Position numbers and translations under genes: made by a program
Shown: positions 8,960 to 18,403 of the stretch, one piece after another
How positions within the stretch are numbered: position 1 is the first letter of the stretch
Layout: each line of letters starts with the position of its first letter
The notes under the pieces: model-generated
Databases searched by the model: none
What the model was told of the DNA's origin: nothing
The model's input: only the letters and a program-made list of their open reading frames with translations
From: Planctomycetota bacterium
Lineage (GTDB): Bacteria > Planctomycetota > UBA1135 > UBA2386
Direction of reading: 5' to 3'
Assembly: GCA_947501605.1 (NCBI GenBank)
Contig: CANMWZ010000014.1
Span: 38,521-102,520, forward strand
Length of the DNA stretch: 64,000 nucleotides

Positions 8960-9948
8960 GAGTCGCATTCGACGGCGCGCCACTCGACGACGGCGACGCA
9001 CTGGGCGTTGCAACGTCGTTCTTGACCGGACTCCGGGCCTACGTCGCTCGGTGGCCCGGCGAAGCCGTGCTGCTGCTGCCAAAGGGCGCGCGGGACCCCG
9101 GCATCGCGACGCTCTTGGTCGTGGCGGCGCCACGCGGCGCGCTCGCACGCCAGTGGGCGCTGCCACGACTCGTGCGCAAGCTGGGGGCAAAGGTGCTGCA
9201 CAGCCCCGTCGCCGCGGTTCCGCTCGGCTGCTCGCGTCCCGTCATTGCGACCGTTCACGACCTCCCTTGGCTGTGCGAAGGCAGCGGTGAGTCCACGTCG
9301 CGCCGCCAACGCCTTGCAACCAAGTGGTCCCTGCGGAGCGCCGCAGCCGTGGTCGCACCGTCGCGATTCACCCTCGCCGCCGCGAAAAGGCTCGTATCGC
9401 CGACGACGCGGCTTCGTTGCATCCCGCACGCGACCACGTTGCCGACGACGACGCCGGTGGACCCCGCCCGACGACAGGGTCCGTTGTTGACGCTCGGCGA
9501 TGAGCGCCCGCGCAAGAACCGCACGCGAGTTCACGCGGCAATGACACTCGCGCGCAAACTGGACGATCGCGTACCCGAGCCGTGTTTTGCCGGCCCGCCC
9601 TACAACTACGTCGACGATGCGGGCAAGCAGGCGCTGCTGCGCGGTTGCCGCGCGTTGATTCACTGTTCGCTCTTCGAAGGCTTCGGGCTGCCTGTGCTGG
9701 AGGGCCTCGCGCACGGCATTCCGGTGTTGTGTTCGGACCTGCCCCCGCACCGCGAGATCGCTGGCGATACCGCGTTGTTCGTCGATCCGCGCGACACGGG
9801 TGCGATCCGCGACGGCATCATCCGCGTCTGCAGCGACGAGACCCTGAGGCTTCGCCTCGCCACCGCAGGCCCGGTCCGAGCCGCCGACTTTGCCCCCGGA
9901 GTGGTCGCTGCCGCCTGGCGCGCTCTGCATGAGGAACTGTGCCAATGA
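8956..9948 (+). CDS. Glycosyltransferase family 4
   Basis: TVHDLPW, PRKN and SLFEGFGLPVLEGLAHGIPVLCSD motifs; ATGA overlap. Confidence 0.88.
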   Translation: MRVAFDGAPLDDGDALGVATSFLTGLRAYVARWPGEAVLLLPKGARDPGIATLLVVAAPRGALARQWALPRLVRKLGAKVLHSPVAAVPLGCSRPVIATVHDLPWLCEGSGESTSRRQRLATKWSLRSAAAVVAPSRFTLAAAKRLVSPTTRLRCIPHATTLPTTTPVDPARRQGPLLTLGDERPRKNRTRVHAAMTLARKLDDRVPEPCFAGPPYNYVDDAGKQALLRGCRALIHCSLFEGFGLPVLEGLAHGIPVLCSDLPPHREIAGDTALFVDPRDTGAIRDGIIRVCSDETLRLRLATAGPVRAADFAPGVVAAAWRALHEELCQ

Positions 9949-11000
9949 GCCTCCACGTCGCCGTTTCGGGCTGGCTGCTCGGCACGCACTCGGGCGCAAA
10001 CCGCCGTTTGCTGGCGCTGTTGACCCACGTGGCCCCGCTCCTCGCCCGCGACGAACGGATCACGGTGCTGCACCGAGCGGACCTGAAAGTGCCGCAACTG
10101 CCACCACGCATCGCCTTCGCGCCAGTCGCGATCGCTGCGGGCCCGCTGTGGCGACGAGCCCTCGGCGAACGATGGCGACTTCGCGCGGCACTGGCGCAGC
10201 TCGGCGCCACGGTCTGCGATCACGGGTTCCTGCCGACCCCCACCGTGACGACCCCGCTGGCGTTGACGATCCACGATGTGCGCGATCTCGACGGCCACGG
10301 TCGCCGCGCCAGATGGCTAGCGCAGCTTGCACTGCGGCACGCCGCCGCGCGGGCGCAGTGCATCGTCGTGCCGAGCGAATTCACGGCTCTGCGCGTCCGT
10401 TCGACGGCACCCGGAGCCCGCATTGAAGTCGTCGGCAACGGCGTCGACCTCACCGGCCGCGGGGTAACCAGCGATGCAGTGCAGGGCCCGCTGCTTCACG
10501 TCGGCCACCTCGAATCACGCAAGAACCTCGACCTCTTGCTGCGCGCCTTGGCCTTGATGAACCAGGACCAGAGGCCTGAGCTGTGGCTCGCGGGCGCCGA
10601 CGCGGGCTGCGGCGAGACACTGCGCAAGACCGCGGCGACGCTGGGCATCGCCGAACGCGTTCGGTTCCTCGGCATCGTCGACGAACGATCGCTCACGCAG
10701 CTCTACTCACGAGCCCGCGCAGTCGTGGTGCCATCGCGCCACGAGGGCTTCGGCCTGTGCGCACTCGAAGGACTCGCCCACGGCCGCCCCGTTCTCGTCG
10801 CGGATGCCGCGGCGTTGCCTGAAGTCGTGGGCGACGCGGGCATCGTCCTGCCTGCCGAACAGCCTGAGGCTTGGGCCTCGGCGCTGTTGCAACTGGACGA
10901 CAGCAATGACGCGCGCGCGCGACGGCGACGACGCGCCGAACACTATTCGTGGGCCAACGCCGCGGCGCGCATGTTGGCCGTCTGGCGTTCGCTCGGCTGA
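9945..11000 (+). CDS. Glycosyltransferase family 4
   Basis: TIHD, VGHLESRKN and PSRHEGFGLCALEGLAHG motifs; ATGA overlap. Confidence 0.9.
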   Translation: MSLHVAVSGWLLGTHSGANRRLLALLTHVAPLLARDERITVLHRADLKVPQLPPRIAFAPVAIAAGPLWRRALGERWRLRAALAQLGATVCDHGFLPTPTVTTPLALTIHDVRDLDGHGRRARWLAQLALRHAAARAQCIVVPSEFTALRVRSTAPGARIEVVGNGVDLTGRGVTSDAVQGPLLHVGHLESRKNLDLLLRALALMNQDQRPELWLAGADAGCGETLRKTAATLGIAERVRFLGIVDERSLTQLYSRARAVVVPSRHEGFGLCALEGLAHGRPVLVADAAALPEVVGDAGIVLPAEQPEAWASALLQLDDSNDARARRRRRAEHYSWANAAARMLAVWRSLG

Positions 11001-11016
11001 TGCCGGGCGGCGTCGC

Positions 11017-11706
11017 TCAGGACACGAGCGTCATCGCCAGATAGCCGACGCCCGCGGCCGCGGCGATGACGCCGACGACGATTGCCGCACGCACGCCGTT
11101 GCTCATCTGGGCAAGGTCGTCGCCGAGTGCGCCGCGCTCGGCCTGTTGGGAGAACTGCAGCACGCGCGGCTTCTGCGCGAGCACCGGTTCGCCACCACCG
11201 ACACTCTTGGCAGCAGCGGCGCCGGCGCGACCCGTCGGCAGGGCCTTGCGGACTTCCACCACCTCGTCCGCAAACTCGACCAGACCACCACCACGCGCAG
11301 GCTGCGGGGGCGGCTCGATCGCAGGCGCGGGGGTCAATGCAGGCCGCGGATTCGGCGCCGTCGGTCTTGGCGCTGGCGCGTCGTCGCCGAACAGATCGAC
11401 GCCATCACTGGGGGGAGCGGCCGCCGTGGCGATCGCTTCGCGGTAAGTCAGTGTCGTGGCGCCGATCTGGATCACGTCCCCATCCCGCAGCACCCGCTTC
11501 TGCACCGGCTTGCCGTTCAGCAACGTACCGTTGCTGCTGCCGAGATCCTCGATCTCGACCACGCCACCTTCGGCGACGAACCGAGCATGACGGCGCGAGG
11601 CTTTGGTGTCGTCGATGACGACGTCGCAGCCGACGATGCGGCCGAGGGTGAGCCCGTCGCGGATCAAAACAGTGCGTCCGTCGGAGATCTGAAGTTGACC
11701 CGTCAC
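11017..11706 (-). CDS. FHA-domain protein with Pro-rich linker and C-terminal TM helix
   Basis: LGR...SRRHA...DLGSSNGT..NG...LRDGDVIQIG FHA signature. Confidence 0.9.
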   Translation of the reverse strand: MTGQLQISDGRTVLIRDGLTLGRIVGCDVVIDDTKASRRHARFVAEGGVVEIEDLGSSNGTLLNGKPVQKRVLRDGDVIQIGATTLTYREAIATAAAPPSDGVDLFGDDAPAPRPTAPNPRPALTPAPAIEPPPQPARGGGLVEFADEVVEVRKALPTGRAGAAAAKSVGGGEPVLAQKPRVLQFSQQAERGALGDDLAQMSNGVRAAIVVGVIAAAAGVGYLAMTLVS

Positions 11707-11797
11707 GTCGCCTAGCCTAGCGCCGAGCGAACGACCTCACCACCGCGCACAGTTCGGTGCTTGACGGCACCACCCGCGCATCGCGACCATCGCCCCG

Positions 11798-12676
11798 ATG
11801 GCCGCCATCTCGGTCCGCCAGTTGTGCGTCACGTTCCCTGGCCGCTGGCGGAAGCCCGCGGTCCAGGCGCTGCTGCCGCTGGACCTCGAGGTGCAGCCCG
11901 GCGCGATCGTCGGCGTGCTGGGCCAGAACGGCTCGGGCAAGACCACGTTGCTGCGCGTGCTGGCCGGCCTGCAGGACTGGAGCGCTGGGACCGCAACCGT
12001 GCTTGGCCGACCGCCAGGTGACGGGATCCTCGTTCGGCGAGTCGCGTGGCAGCCCGATGGCCCTCCCCCACTGGCGATGCTCAACGGCCGCGAAGTACTG
12101 CAGTGGTTTGGTAGCCAACTCGGTCTCGAAAACGACCTCGCCGATGCCCGCGTCGACGAGTGGCTTTCGTACTTCGAACTTCAGCACGCAAGCAGGCGAG
12201 CGGTACGCACCTACAGCAGCGGCATGCAGCGGCGGCTGCTGCTCGCCGCATCGCTGCTGGGCGAACCCGAGGTGATGCTGCTCGATGAGCCGACCTCGGG
12301 CCTCGATCCAGTCGGCTCCGAACTCGCGATGGCGGCGCTTCGTCAGTGTGCACGCAAGGGCGCGGCGATCGTGATGGCCTCCCATCACCTGCTGGAAGTC
12401 GAACAACTCTGCTCCGACGTGCTCGTGTTGCACGAAGGTCGGTGCGCGCTCCGCGGCACGCTCGACGAACTGCTCGGTAGCGGCGACCGGTCGCTGGTCG
12501 TGCGCGGACTCGCCGAGGACGCTTTGCCGGCGATTCGCGCCGCCATCACTGCGCACGGCGGCACGCTCGTGCGCAGCGAAGCGCAGCGCCAACACCTCTA
12601 CGCGCTCTATCGCCAGCTCGCGGTGCGGCCGCCGAGCGGCACCGTGCCAGCGGTGGACCACCGCGGCGCCAACTGA
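11798..12676 (+). CDS. ABC transporter ATP-binding protein
   Basis: Walker A GQNGSGKTT, signature YSSGMQ, Walker B LLDEPT. Confidence 0.92.
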   Translation: MAAISVRQLCVTFPGRWRKPAVQALLPLDLEVQPGAIVGVLGQNGSGKTTLLRVLAGLQDWSAGTATVLGRPPGDGILVRRVAWQPDGPPPLAMLNGREVLQWFGSQLGLENDLADARVDEWLSYFELQHASRRAVRTYSSGMQRRLLLAASLLGEPEVMLLDEPTSGLDPVGSELAMAALRQCARKGAAIVMASHHLLEVEQLCSDVLVLHEGRCALRGTLDELLGSGDRSLVVRGLAEDALPAIRAAITAHGGTLVRSEAQRQHLYALYRQLAVRPPSGTVPAVDHRGAN

Positions 12677-12679
12677 GCC

Positions 12680-13651
12680 ATGCGCACGCTCTGGTTCGCC
12701 TGCCGCCAAAGCCTACTCTGGGCGCTGCCCGCGACTGCGCTCGCCCTTGCCGTGCTCTGGATCGGGGTGGCGACCACCGGGACGGGGACACCTTGGTTGC
12801 ACGTAGCAGCGTTCCTGCCGGTCGTGGCCAGCAGCCTCTCGGCGGTCGCCTTCTGGCCGCCATTCGCAACGGATGCGCGCGGTGCCGAGCTCGTTCGCCG
12901 CACCACCAAGGGCCCGCTGCACGGCATGCCGACGGCGACCCTGGGTGCCCTGCTCGCAGCCGCAGCGTGCCTCTTGCTGCTGGCGGTGGCGGCGAGCCCG
13001 CTCGTGCCGGAGCCCCGCGCCCACCATCGGTTGCGGGCGCACGAACGCCCCTTGCTCGACGACGGCCGAATCGAACTCTCCTTTGCGCTGCCCGAGGACT
13101 GCGTCGAGCTACAACTCCGCCCCGTCGTACTGATGCCGCGCGCGGCCCCCGAAGCCACGAGCCTGCAGATCGCGATCGACGGCAAGGAGCTTGCGGCCGG
13201 ACCAGTGATGATCTTCGGCGATCGGCAGCTCGTGCGCGTGCCGCTCGAACGAGGCTCCGGGACGACCGTCGCGCTGCGGCGGATTTCCGGCAACCTGCCG
13301 CTGTGGTTCGATGCTGCCGCGGTGCTAGCCGTCGACGACAGTGGCCCCCCTCGCCTACTCGGTTGCGCGCTGGCGTTTTCGGTCTGGTTGCTACCGCTCT
13401 GGGTCACGCTCGGAACGGCGATGTTGCTGTCGCGATGGCTGCGGCAGCCAATGGCCCTGGTGGTGGCGGGCGTGGCACTGGTACTTCAGTCGCTGGGTCA
13501 AGTTGGCCCGGCAACTGCGGCTGTCACGCTGTGCGCACGCGGGCACTGGCTGCTGACTGAGCCGATATTCTGGCCGTGCATCACTTCCCTCGGTGCCGGT
13601 GTCGCGGCGATGATCGCCGCAATGGCACTTCGCGCAGAGCACCGGCGGTGA
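12680..13651 (+). CDS. Membrane protein, probable ABC permease component
   Basis: Several hydrophobic helices around a soluble domain; starts 3 bp after the ATPase stop. Confidence 0.65.
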   Translation: MRTLWFACRQSLLWALPATALALAVLWIGVATTGTGTPWLHVAAFLPVVASSLSAVAFWPPFATDARGAELVRRTTKGPLHGMPTATLGALLAAAACLLLLAVAASPLVPEPRAHHRLRAHERPLLDDGRIELSFALPEDCVELQLRPVVLMPRAAPEATSLQIAIDGKELAAGPVMIFGDRQLVRVPLERGSGTTVALRRISGNLPLWFDAAAVLAVDDSGPPRLLGCALAFSVWLLPLWVTLGTAMLLSRWLRQPMALVVAGVALVLQSLGQVGPATAAVTLCARGHWLLTEPIFWPCITSLGAGVAAMIAAMALRAEHRR

Positions 13652-14421
13652 GGCAACTCGCACCGGTCGTGACCCTCTGTCTGTTCGGCGCGGCATACGC
13701 GCTGGGCGGCGAGGCCAAAGCGGTCGAAGACTCGATTGCGGCGCTGGTGCGCCCACTGACGCTGCCGTTTCTGTGGCGATCGCTCGCGGACGCCACTGCT
13801 CATGGCGATCCACGCGAGGCCTGGGAGGCGGCGCAACTGCTGCTCGAAGCGACGCCGGGCTGGGCCGACGGTCACACCGTGTTCGCCTTTCGCTACGCGC
13901 TGGACGGCGGTGACGCCGTCTTGCCGAAGGCGGCGCGCGAAGTCGCCGCCTTCGACCGTCTGCGCCTTTCGCTGCGCCTGCTCGAAGACGCCCGCGCCGA
14001 ATGTGGCAAGCGGGAGCCTCAAGTGTTGTCCGACATGGCCTGGCTGGTCGAACTCGCGGTGCGCAACGAACCAGGCATCGCCGCACACCTAGGCACCGAC
14101 CCTGCGGTGCTGGCCGATCGCTATCTCGAGCAAGCTGAGGCACTTGGAGCCGGCCGCATGGTCTTGGAGCAGAGGCTCTACGAGGTTCCGCGGTTGTGCG
14201 CAGCGTTCTTGCGCGCCGGCGATCGCGAGCGCGCCCTGGCGGTGCTCGACGAGGCCATCCGCCGCGCTGGCCAGCAGCCGGATCCGGCTCTGGCGCACGA
14301 GTGGCGGTCGACCCTGCTGGCAGTCCGCGGCGATTTGCGCGGCGACGGCGAGGATGCCGCCGGGCGCGAACTTCGGAAAGCCGATGCGCGGCTGCAACCC
14401 CTGGCCCCGTTCCTCCGATAG
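13648..14421 (+). CDS. Hypothetical helical (TPR-like) exported protein
   Basis: GTGA overlap, hydrophobic N-terminus, amphipathic Ala/Leu-rich helices. Confidence 0.6.
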   Translation: MRQLAPVVTLCLFGAAYALGGEAKAVEDSIAALVRPLTLPFLWRSLADATAHGDPREAWEAAQLLLEATPGWADGHTVFAFRYALDGGDAVLPKAAREVAAFDRLRLSLRLLEDARAECGKREPQVLSDMAWLVELAVRNEPGIAAHLGTDPAVLADRYLEQAEALGAGRMVLEQRLYEVPRLCAAFLRAGDRERALAVLDEAIRRAGQQPDPALAHEWRSTLLAVRGDLRGDGEDAAGRELRKADARLQPLAPFLR

Positions 14422-14439
14422 CCAAAGCAGCACCGGGCC

Positions 14440-15225
14440 ATGTTCGACAGCCTCGTAGAGACCATCGCCGAGTATCCGTACATCGGCATCGCCATGGTCT
14501 TCGCGATCTGCGCGATCGGCTTGCCGCTGCCCGAGGAGCTGGTGCTGATCGCTGCTGGCTACGTATGCGCGAAGTTCCCCGAGAAGGCATCGCTGCACTG
14601 GATGATGATCTGGTGCGCAACCTCGATCGTCAGTTTCGACCTCGTGCCCTATCTGCTGGGTCGGGTCTTCGGGGCGCGGTTGCTGCGCATTCGCTGGTTG
14701 CGCGTCATCGTCACGCGACGGCGGCTGGCTGACTTCGACCGCTGGTTCCGCAAACGCGGCGACTTGGTCATCTTCTTTGCACGCTTTCTCGCCGGCATTC
14801 GCACGATTGCGTTCTTCACTGCCGGCGTGATGAAGATGCCAGCGCAGCGATTCCTGCTGCTCGACGGCCTCGGCATCACGATCATCGTCCCGCTGATGAT
14901 CTGGATCGGCCACCGCGGCGCCGGCGTCATCGATGTGGTGATCGAACGGGTCCAAGCGGTCGAACGCGGCTTGGTGTGGACGATCCTTGGGGCAGCCGTG
15001 GTGCTGGGGGTCTGGTGGCTCGGGCGCCGCCGCGCCCGACGCCGCGCCAGCGCGGAAGGCCCGACGGAGACGTTTGTCGAGCCGCAATTGCCGGTGCAAA
15101 GAGACATCATCGACCTGCCGCCGATGGCAAATGCCGAAGCCGTCGAGCCGGCGGCGGTGGACATCGAGAGGCGCCCAGAGGGCACCACGCCCGACGACAG
15201 CGCGCCGGCTTCGCACAAACCCTGA
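14440..15225 (+). CDS. DedA family membrane protein
   Basis: GLPLPEELVLIAAG and FARFLAGIRT...AG motifs. Confidence 0.9.
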   Translation: MFDSLVETIAEYPYIGIAMVFAICAIGLPLPEELVLIAAGYVCAKFPEKASLHWMMIWCATSIVSFDLVPYLLGRVFGARLLRIRWLRVIVTRRRLADFDRWFRKRGDLVIFFARFLAGIRTIAFFTAGVMKMPAQRFLLLDGLGITIIVPLMIWIGHRGAGVIDVVIERVQAVERGLVWTILGAAVVLGVWWLGRRRARRRASAEGPTETFVEPQLPVQRDIIDLPPMANAEAVEPAAVDIERRPEGTTPDDSAPASHKP

Positions 15226-15333
15226 CGCCGAGCGGATGCAGGGGCTCGGATCCTTGCCCCCGAACGACCTCGGCGGCTATGGTGCTGGCCCCTTTTGCCG
15301 CCGGATCGTCCCCCGGCCCTTCACGATCACTCC

Positions 15334-17445
15334 ATGTACGTCCTTTGGAACGTCCTGTCGCTCGCCATTGCTGTGGCGAGCATTTTCTACGCGGTATCCC
15401 TGTTCAAGCAGATCATGACCAAGGATCCCGGTGATGAGGTGATGCAAAAGATCGCCCGCGCCGTGCAAGAGGGTGGCCGCGCGTTCCTTCACGCCGAATA
15501 CAAGTGGCTAGCGGTCTTCGTGGCGGTGGTCTTCGCCCTGCTCTGCTTGGGTAGCGAAGCGAGCTTCCTCGGCTGGAAGACGGCCATCGCATTTCTGATG
15601 GGTTCGGTCGCTTCCGCCGGTGCCGGCTACTTCGGCATGCACTGCGCCACGCGCGCGGCCGTACGCACGACGCAGGCGGCAAAGACCAGCCTCGGCGCTG
15701 CGCTCGACGTGGCGTTCAAGTCGGGCACGGTCATGGGCATGACGGTCGTCGGTCTCGGGCTGATGGGCATCACGGTGCTGATGCTGGCCTACCGCGGAGA
15801 CATGGCGAACAACGCGCCCAACTTCGTCAACTACGTGCTCGGCTTCAGCTTCGGCGCCAGCTCGATCGCACTGTTTGCCCGCGTCGGTGGCGGCATCTAC
15901 ACCAAGGCGGCGGACGTCGGCGGCGACCTCGTCGGCAAGGTCGAGGCCGGCATCCCCGAGGACGATCCGCGCAACCCGGCGGTCATCGCCGACAACGTCG
16001 GTGACAACGTCGGCGACGTCGCCGGCATGGGCGCGGACCTGTTCGAGAGCTACGTCGGCGCGATCATCTCGACCTCCATCATCGGCTTCGGCCTGGTCCC
16101 GGTGGGGCTCGAAGGCGACGCGCAGATCGCCGCCATGACCAACCTGCTGATGTACCCAATCGTGCTGTCGGCACTGGGCATCATCGCGAGCTTCTACGGC
16201 ACGTTCCGCGTCAAGGTAACGGACGAAAGCAAGCTGTCGGCAGCGCTGTTCGGCGGCCTGATCGCGGCCTCGGGTGCATTGATCGTCGGTGGCGCTCTGG
16301 TCACCTGGGTGATGAAGCCGCAGCCGGCAATCGTGGACGCCGTAGGCACGTCGACTGCGGTGTTCTACGGCGAGTGGAGCGTCTACCTCGCGATGGTGAT
16401 CGGCCTCGTGGTCGGCGTGATCATCGGCAAGGTCACGGAGTACTACACGTCGGAGAAGATGGCGCCGGCGCAGATGATTGCCGAGCAGTCGAAGACCGGC
16501 GCGGCGACCAACATCATCTACGGCCTCGCCACTGGCATGGCCTCGACGTGGATCCCGACCGTACTGCTGGCGATCGCGATCTACTTCTGCAACATGCTCG
16601 CGGGCATCTATGGCATCTGCGTGGCGGCCGTCGGCATGCTGAGCACACTCGGCATCTCGCTCGGCGTCGACGCCTACGGCCCGGTCGCCGACAACGCCGG
16701 CGGTCTTGCCGAGATGTCGCACCAGCCGCCGGAAGTGCGCAAGCGCACCGACATGCTGGACGCCACCGGCAACACCACCGCCGCGATCGGCAAGGGCTTC
16801 GCCATTGGTTCGGCGGCACTGACGGCACTGGCACTGTTCGCGGCCTACAAGGTTGCAGCCTCCCGCATGGAAGGCGGCGTCAACCTCAGCCTCGACAACG
16901 CCGACGTCGTCATGGGCCTGCTGCTCGGTGCGATGCTGCCGTTCGTGTTCTCGTCGATGGCGATGAAGGCCGTCGGCAAGGCCGCGAACGCGATGGTCGA
17001 AGAAGTGCGCCGCCAGTTCCGCGAGATCCCGGGTCTCAAGGACGGCACCGGCACCCAGCCCGCTGACTACGCGCGCTGCGTCGCGATCTCAACGGAAGGC
17101 GCCCTGCGCGAAATGGTCGTCCCCGGCCTCCTCGCCGTCGTCGCCCCGGTCGTCGTCGGCATGATCTTCGGTCGCGCCGCAGTCGGCGGCCTGCTCGCCG
17201 GCTCGACGGCCTCAGGCGTGATGATGGCACTGTTCATGGCCAACGCCGGCGGTGCTTGGGACAACGCGAAGAAGTACATCGAAGCTGGCCACCTCGGCGG
17301 CAAAGGCAGCGACACGCACAAGGCTGCGGTTACCGGCGACACCGTCGGGGACCCCTTCAAGGACACGGCCGGCCCGTCGATCAACATCCTGATGAAGTTG
17401 ATGACGATCGCCTCGCTGCTCGCATTGCCACTGTTCAAGGCCTGA
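15334..17445 (+). CDS. hppA: Membrane-bound ion-translocating pyrophosphatase, K+-dependent type (probably Na+-pumping)
   Basis: GGIYTKAADVG, DNVGDNVGD, GADLFESY, GNTTAA, GGAWDNAKK and GDTVGDPFKDT motifs. Confidence 0.95.
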   Translation: MYVLWNVLSLAIAVASIFYAVSLFKQIMTKDPGDEVMQKIARAVQEGGRAFLHAEYKWLAVFVAVVFALLCLGSEASFLGWKTAIAFLMGSVASAGAGYFGMHCATRAAVRTTQAAKTSLGAALDVAFKSGTVMGMTVVGLGLMGITVLMLAYRGDMANNAPNFVNYVLGFSFGASSIALFARVGGGIYTKAADVGGDLVGKVEAGIPEDDPRNPAVIADNVGDNVGDVAGMGADLFESYVGAIISTSIIGFGLVPVGLEGDAQIAAMTNLLMYPIVLSALGIIASFYGTFRVKVTDESKLSAALFGGLIAASGALIVGGALVTWVMKPQPAIVDAVGTSTAVFYGEWSVYLAMVIGLVVGVIIGKVTEYYTSEKMAPAQMIAEQSKTGAATNIIYGLATGMASTWIPTVLLAIAIYFCNMLAGIYGICVAAVGMLSTLGISLGVDAYGPVADNAGGLAEMSHQPPEVRKRTDMLDATGNTTAAIGKGFAIGSAALTALALFAAYKVAASRMEGGVNLSLDNADVVMGLLLGAMLPFVFSSMAMKAVGKAANAMVEEVRRQFREIPGLKDGTGTQPADYARCVAISTEGALREMVVPGLLAVVAPVVVGMIFGRAAVGGLLAGSTASGVMMALFMANAGGAWDNAKKYIEAGHLGGKGSDTHKAAVTGDTVGDPFKDTAGPSINILMKLMTIASLLALPLFKA

Positions 17446-17511
17446 CGCCAGCGGCGGACACCGCCCTGGTAGCCACCCCTCCGGTGCGCCGTACGCGCGA
17501 CGACTGTCCGG

Positions 17512-17609
17512 CGCGCGCACGCACCGGCCCCTCGCGCGCACGCACCGGGCCTCGCGCGGGCGCACCGGGCCTCGCGCGGGCGCACCGGGCCTCGCGCGGG
17601 CGCACCGGG
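17512..17609. repeat. 20-bp tandem repeat, about 4.5 copies
   Basis: CGCACCGGGCCTCGCGCGGG is exact at 17541, 17561 and 17581, with degenerate or partial flanking copies. Confidence 0.9.
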
Positions 17610-17828
17610 GCGAGACCGCAGCGCCGTCGTCTTTCGCGCCTGGTTCGCGGAACGGACCCGTGGGGGCTTACGCCGCGTGAGGCGTCCGATACATTCACGC
17701 CAACTTGTTCGCCCCGCAGCGCGCCCTTTCTAGCGTGCGCCGCCCCAGTAGCCTCCTACCGACCCACTGCGCCTTTGAGTTCACGACCTGCTCCCGAGCC
17801 CGTCCCCGCAACCACCTCTTCTCGAACG

Positions 17829-18284
17829 GTGCACACGCCAAAGGCAGCGACCACGGACTTCGCCCGCCAACTGGCGGCTTCGCTGGCCGAGAAGCAAGGC
17901 GAGGAGATCGCCATCATCGATGTGCACAGCGCGCTCGCCATCGTCGACTACTTCGTGATCGCAACGGTGCGGAGCACGCGGCAGGCACAGGCTCTCGCCA
18001 AGGAGCTGGACCAAGAGGTCAAGCACTCGCGCGGCCGGCGCAAGCACAACCAGGGCGGCATGGAGACGGATGACAGCAACTGGGTGTTGCTCGACTTCGA
18101 CGAAGTCGTCGTTCACCTGTTCTTGCCAGAAGCGCGCACCTACTACGCCATCGAGAGCCTGTTTGCCGATGCGCCGCGCATTGAGGCACCCGTTGCGACG
18201 ACACGCCCAGTCGAAGCCGCTCCAGTGCTGAAGCCCATCCGCCGCCGACTACGGCTGTCACCGCCGGCGGACGACGCCAAATAG
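17829..18284 (+). CDS. rsfS: Ribosome silencing factor RsfS
   Basis: EKQGEEIAIIDV...DYFVIAT..STRQ...WVLLDFDEVVVHLF..EARTYYAIESL. Start (GTG) approximate. Confidence 0.9.
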   Translation: MHTPKAATTDFARQLAASLAEKQGEEIAIIDVHSALAIVDYFVIATVRSTRQAQALAKELDQEVKHSRGRRKHNQGGMETDDSNWVLLDFDEVVVHLFLPEARTYYAIESLFADAPRIEAPVATTRPVEAAPVLKPIRRRLRLSPPADDAK

Positions 18285-18403
18285 GTCCAGGCGGTTCAGC
18301 GCCACCGAGACTCCGGTCGATGATCGTGGCAGCCTCGACCGCTTCCAGCAGTAGAATTGCGCCTCTCGCCAATCTACGAGCGTGACCGAGAAGCGGCGCT
18401 GAC

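Noticed and set aside
17512..17609. 20-bp repeats as CRISPR or as the N-terminus of a 342-aa RsfS
   Set aside because: No spacers; RsfS similarity only begins near 17829, and the longer ORF overlaps hppA.
17650..17830. Possible tRNA or structured RNA before rsfS
   Set aside because: No T-loop GTTCRA with a cloverleaf or other recognisable RNA-family motif.
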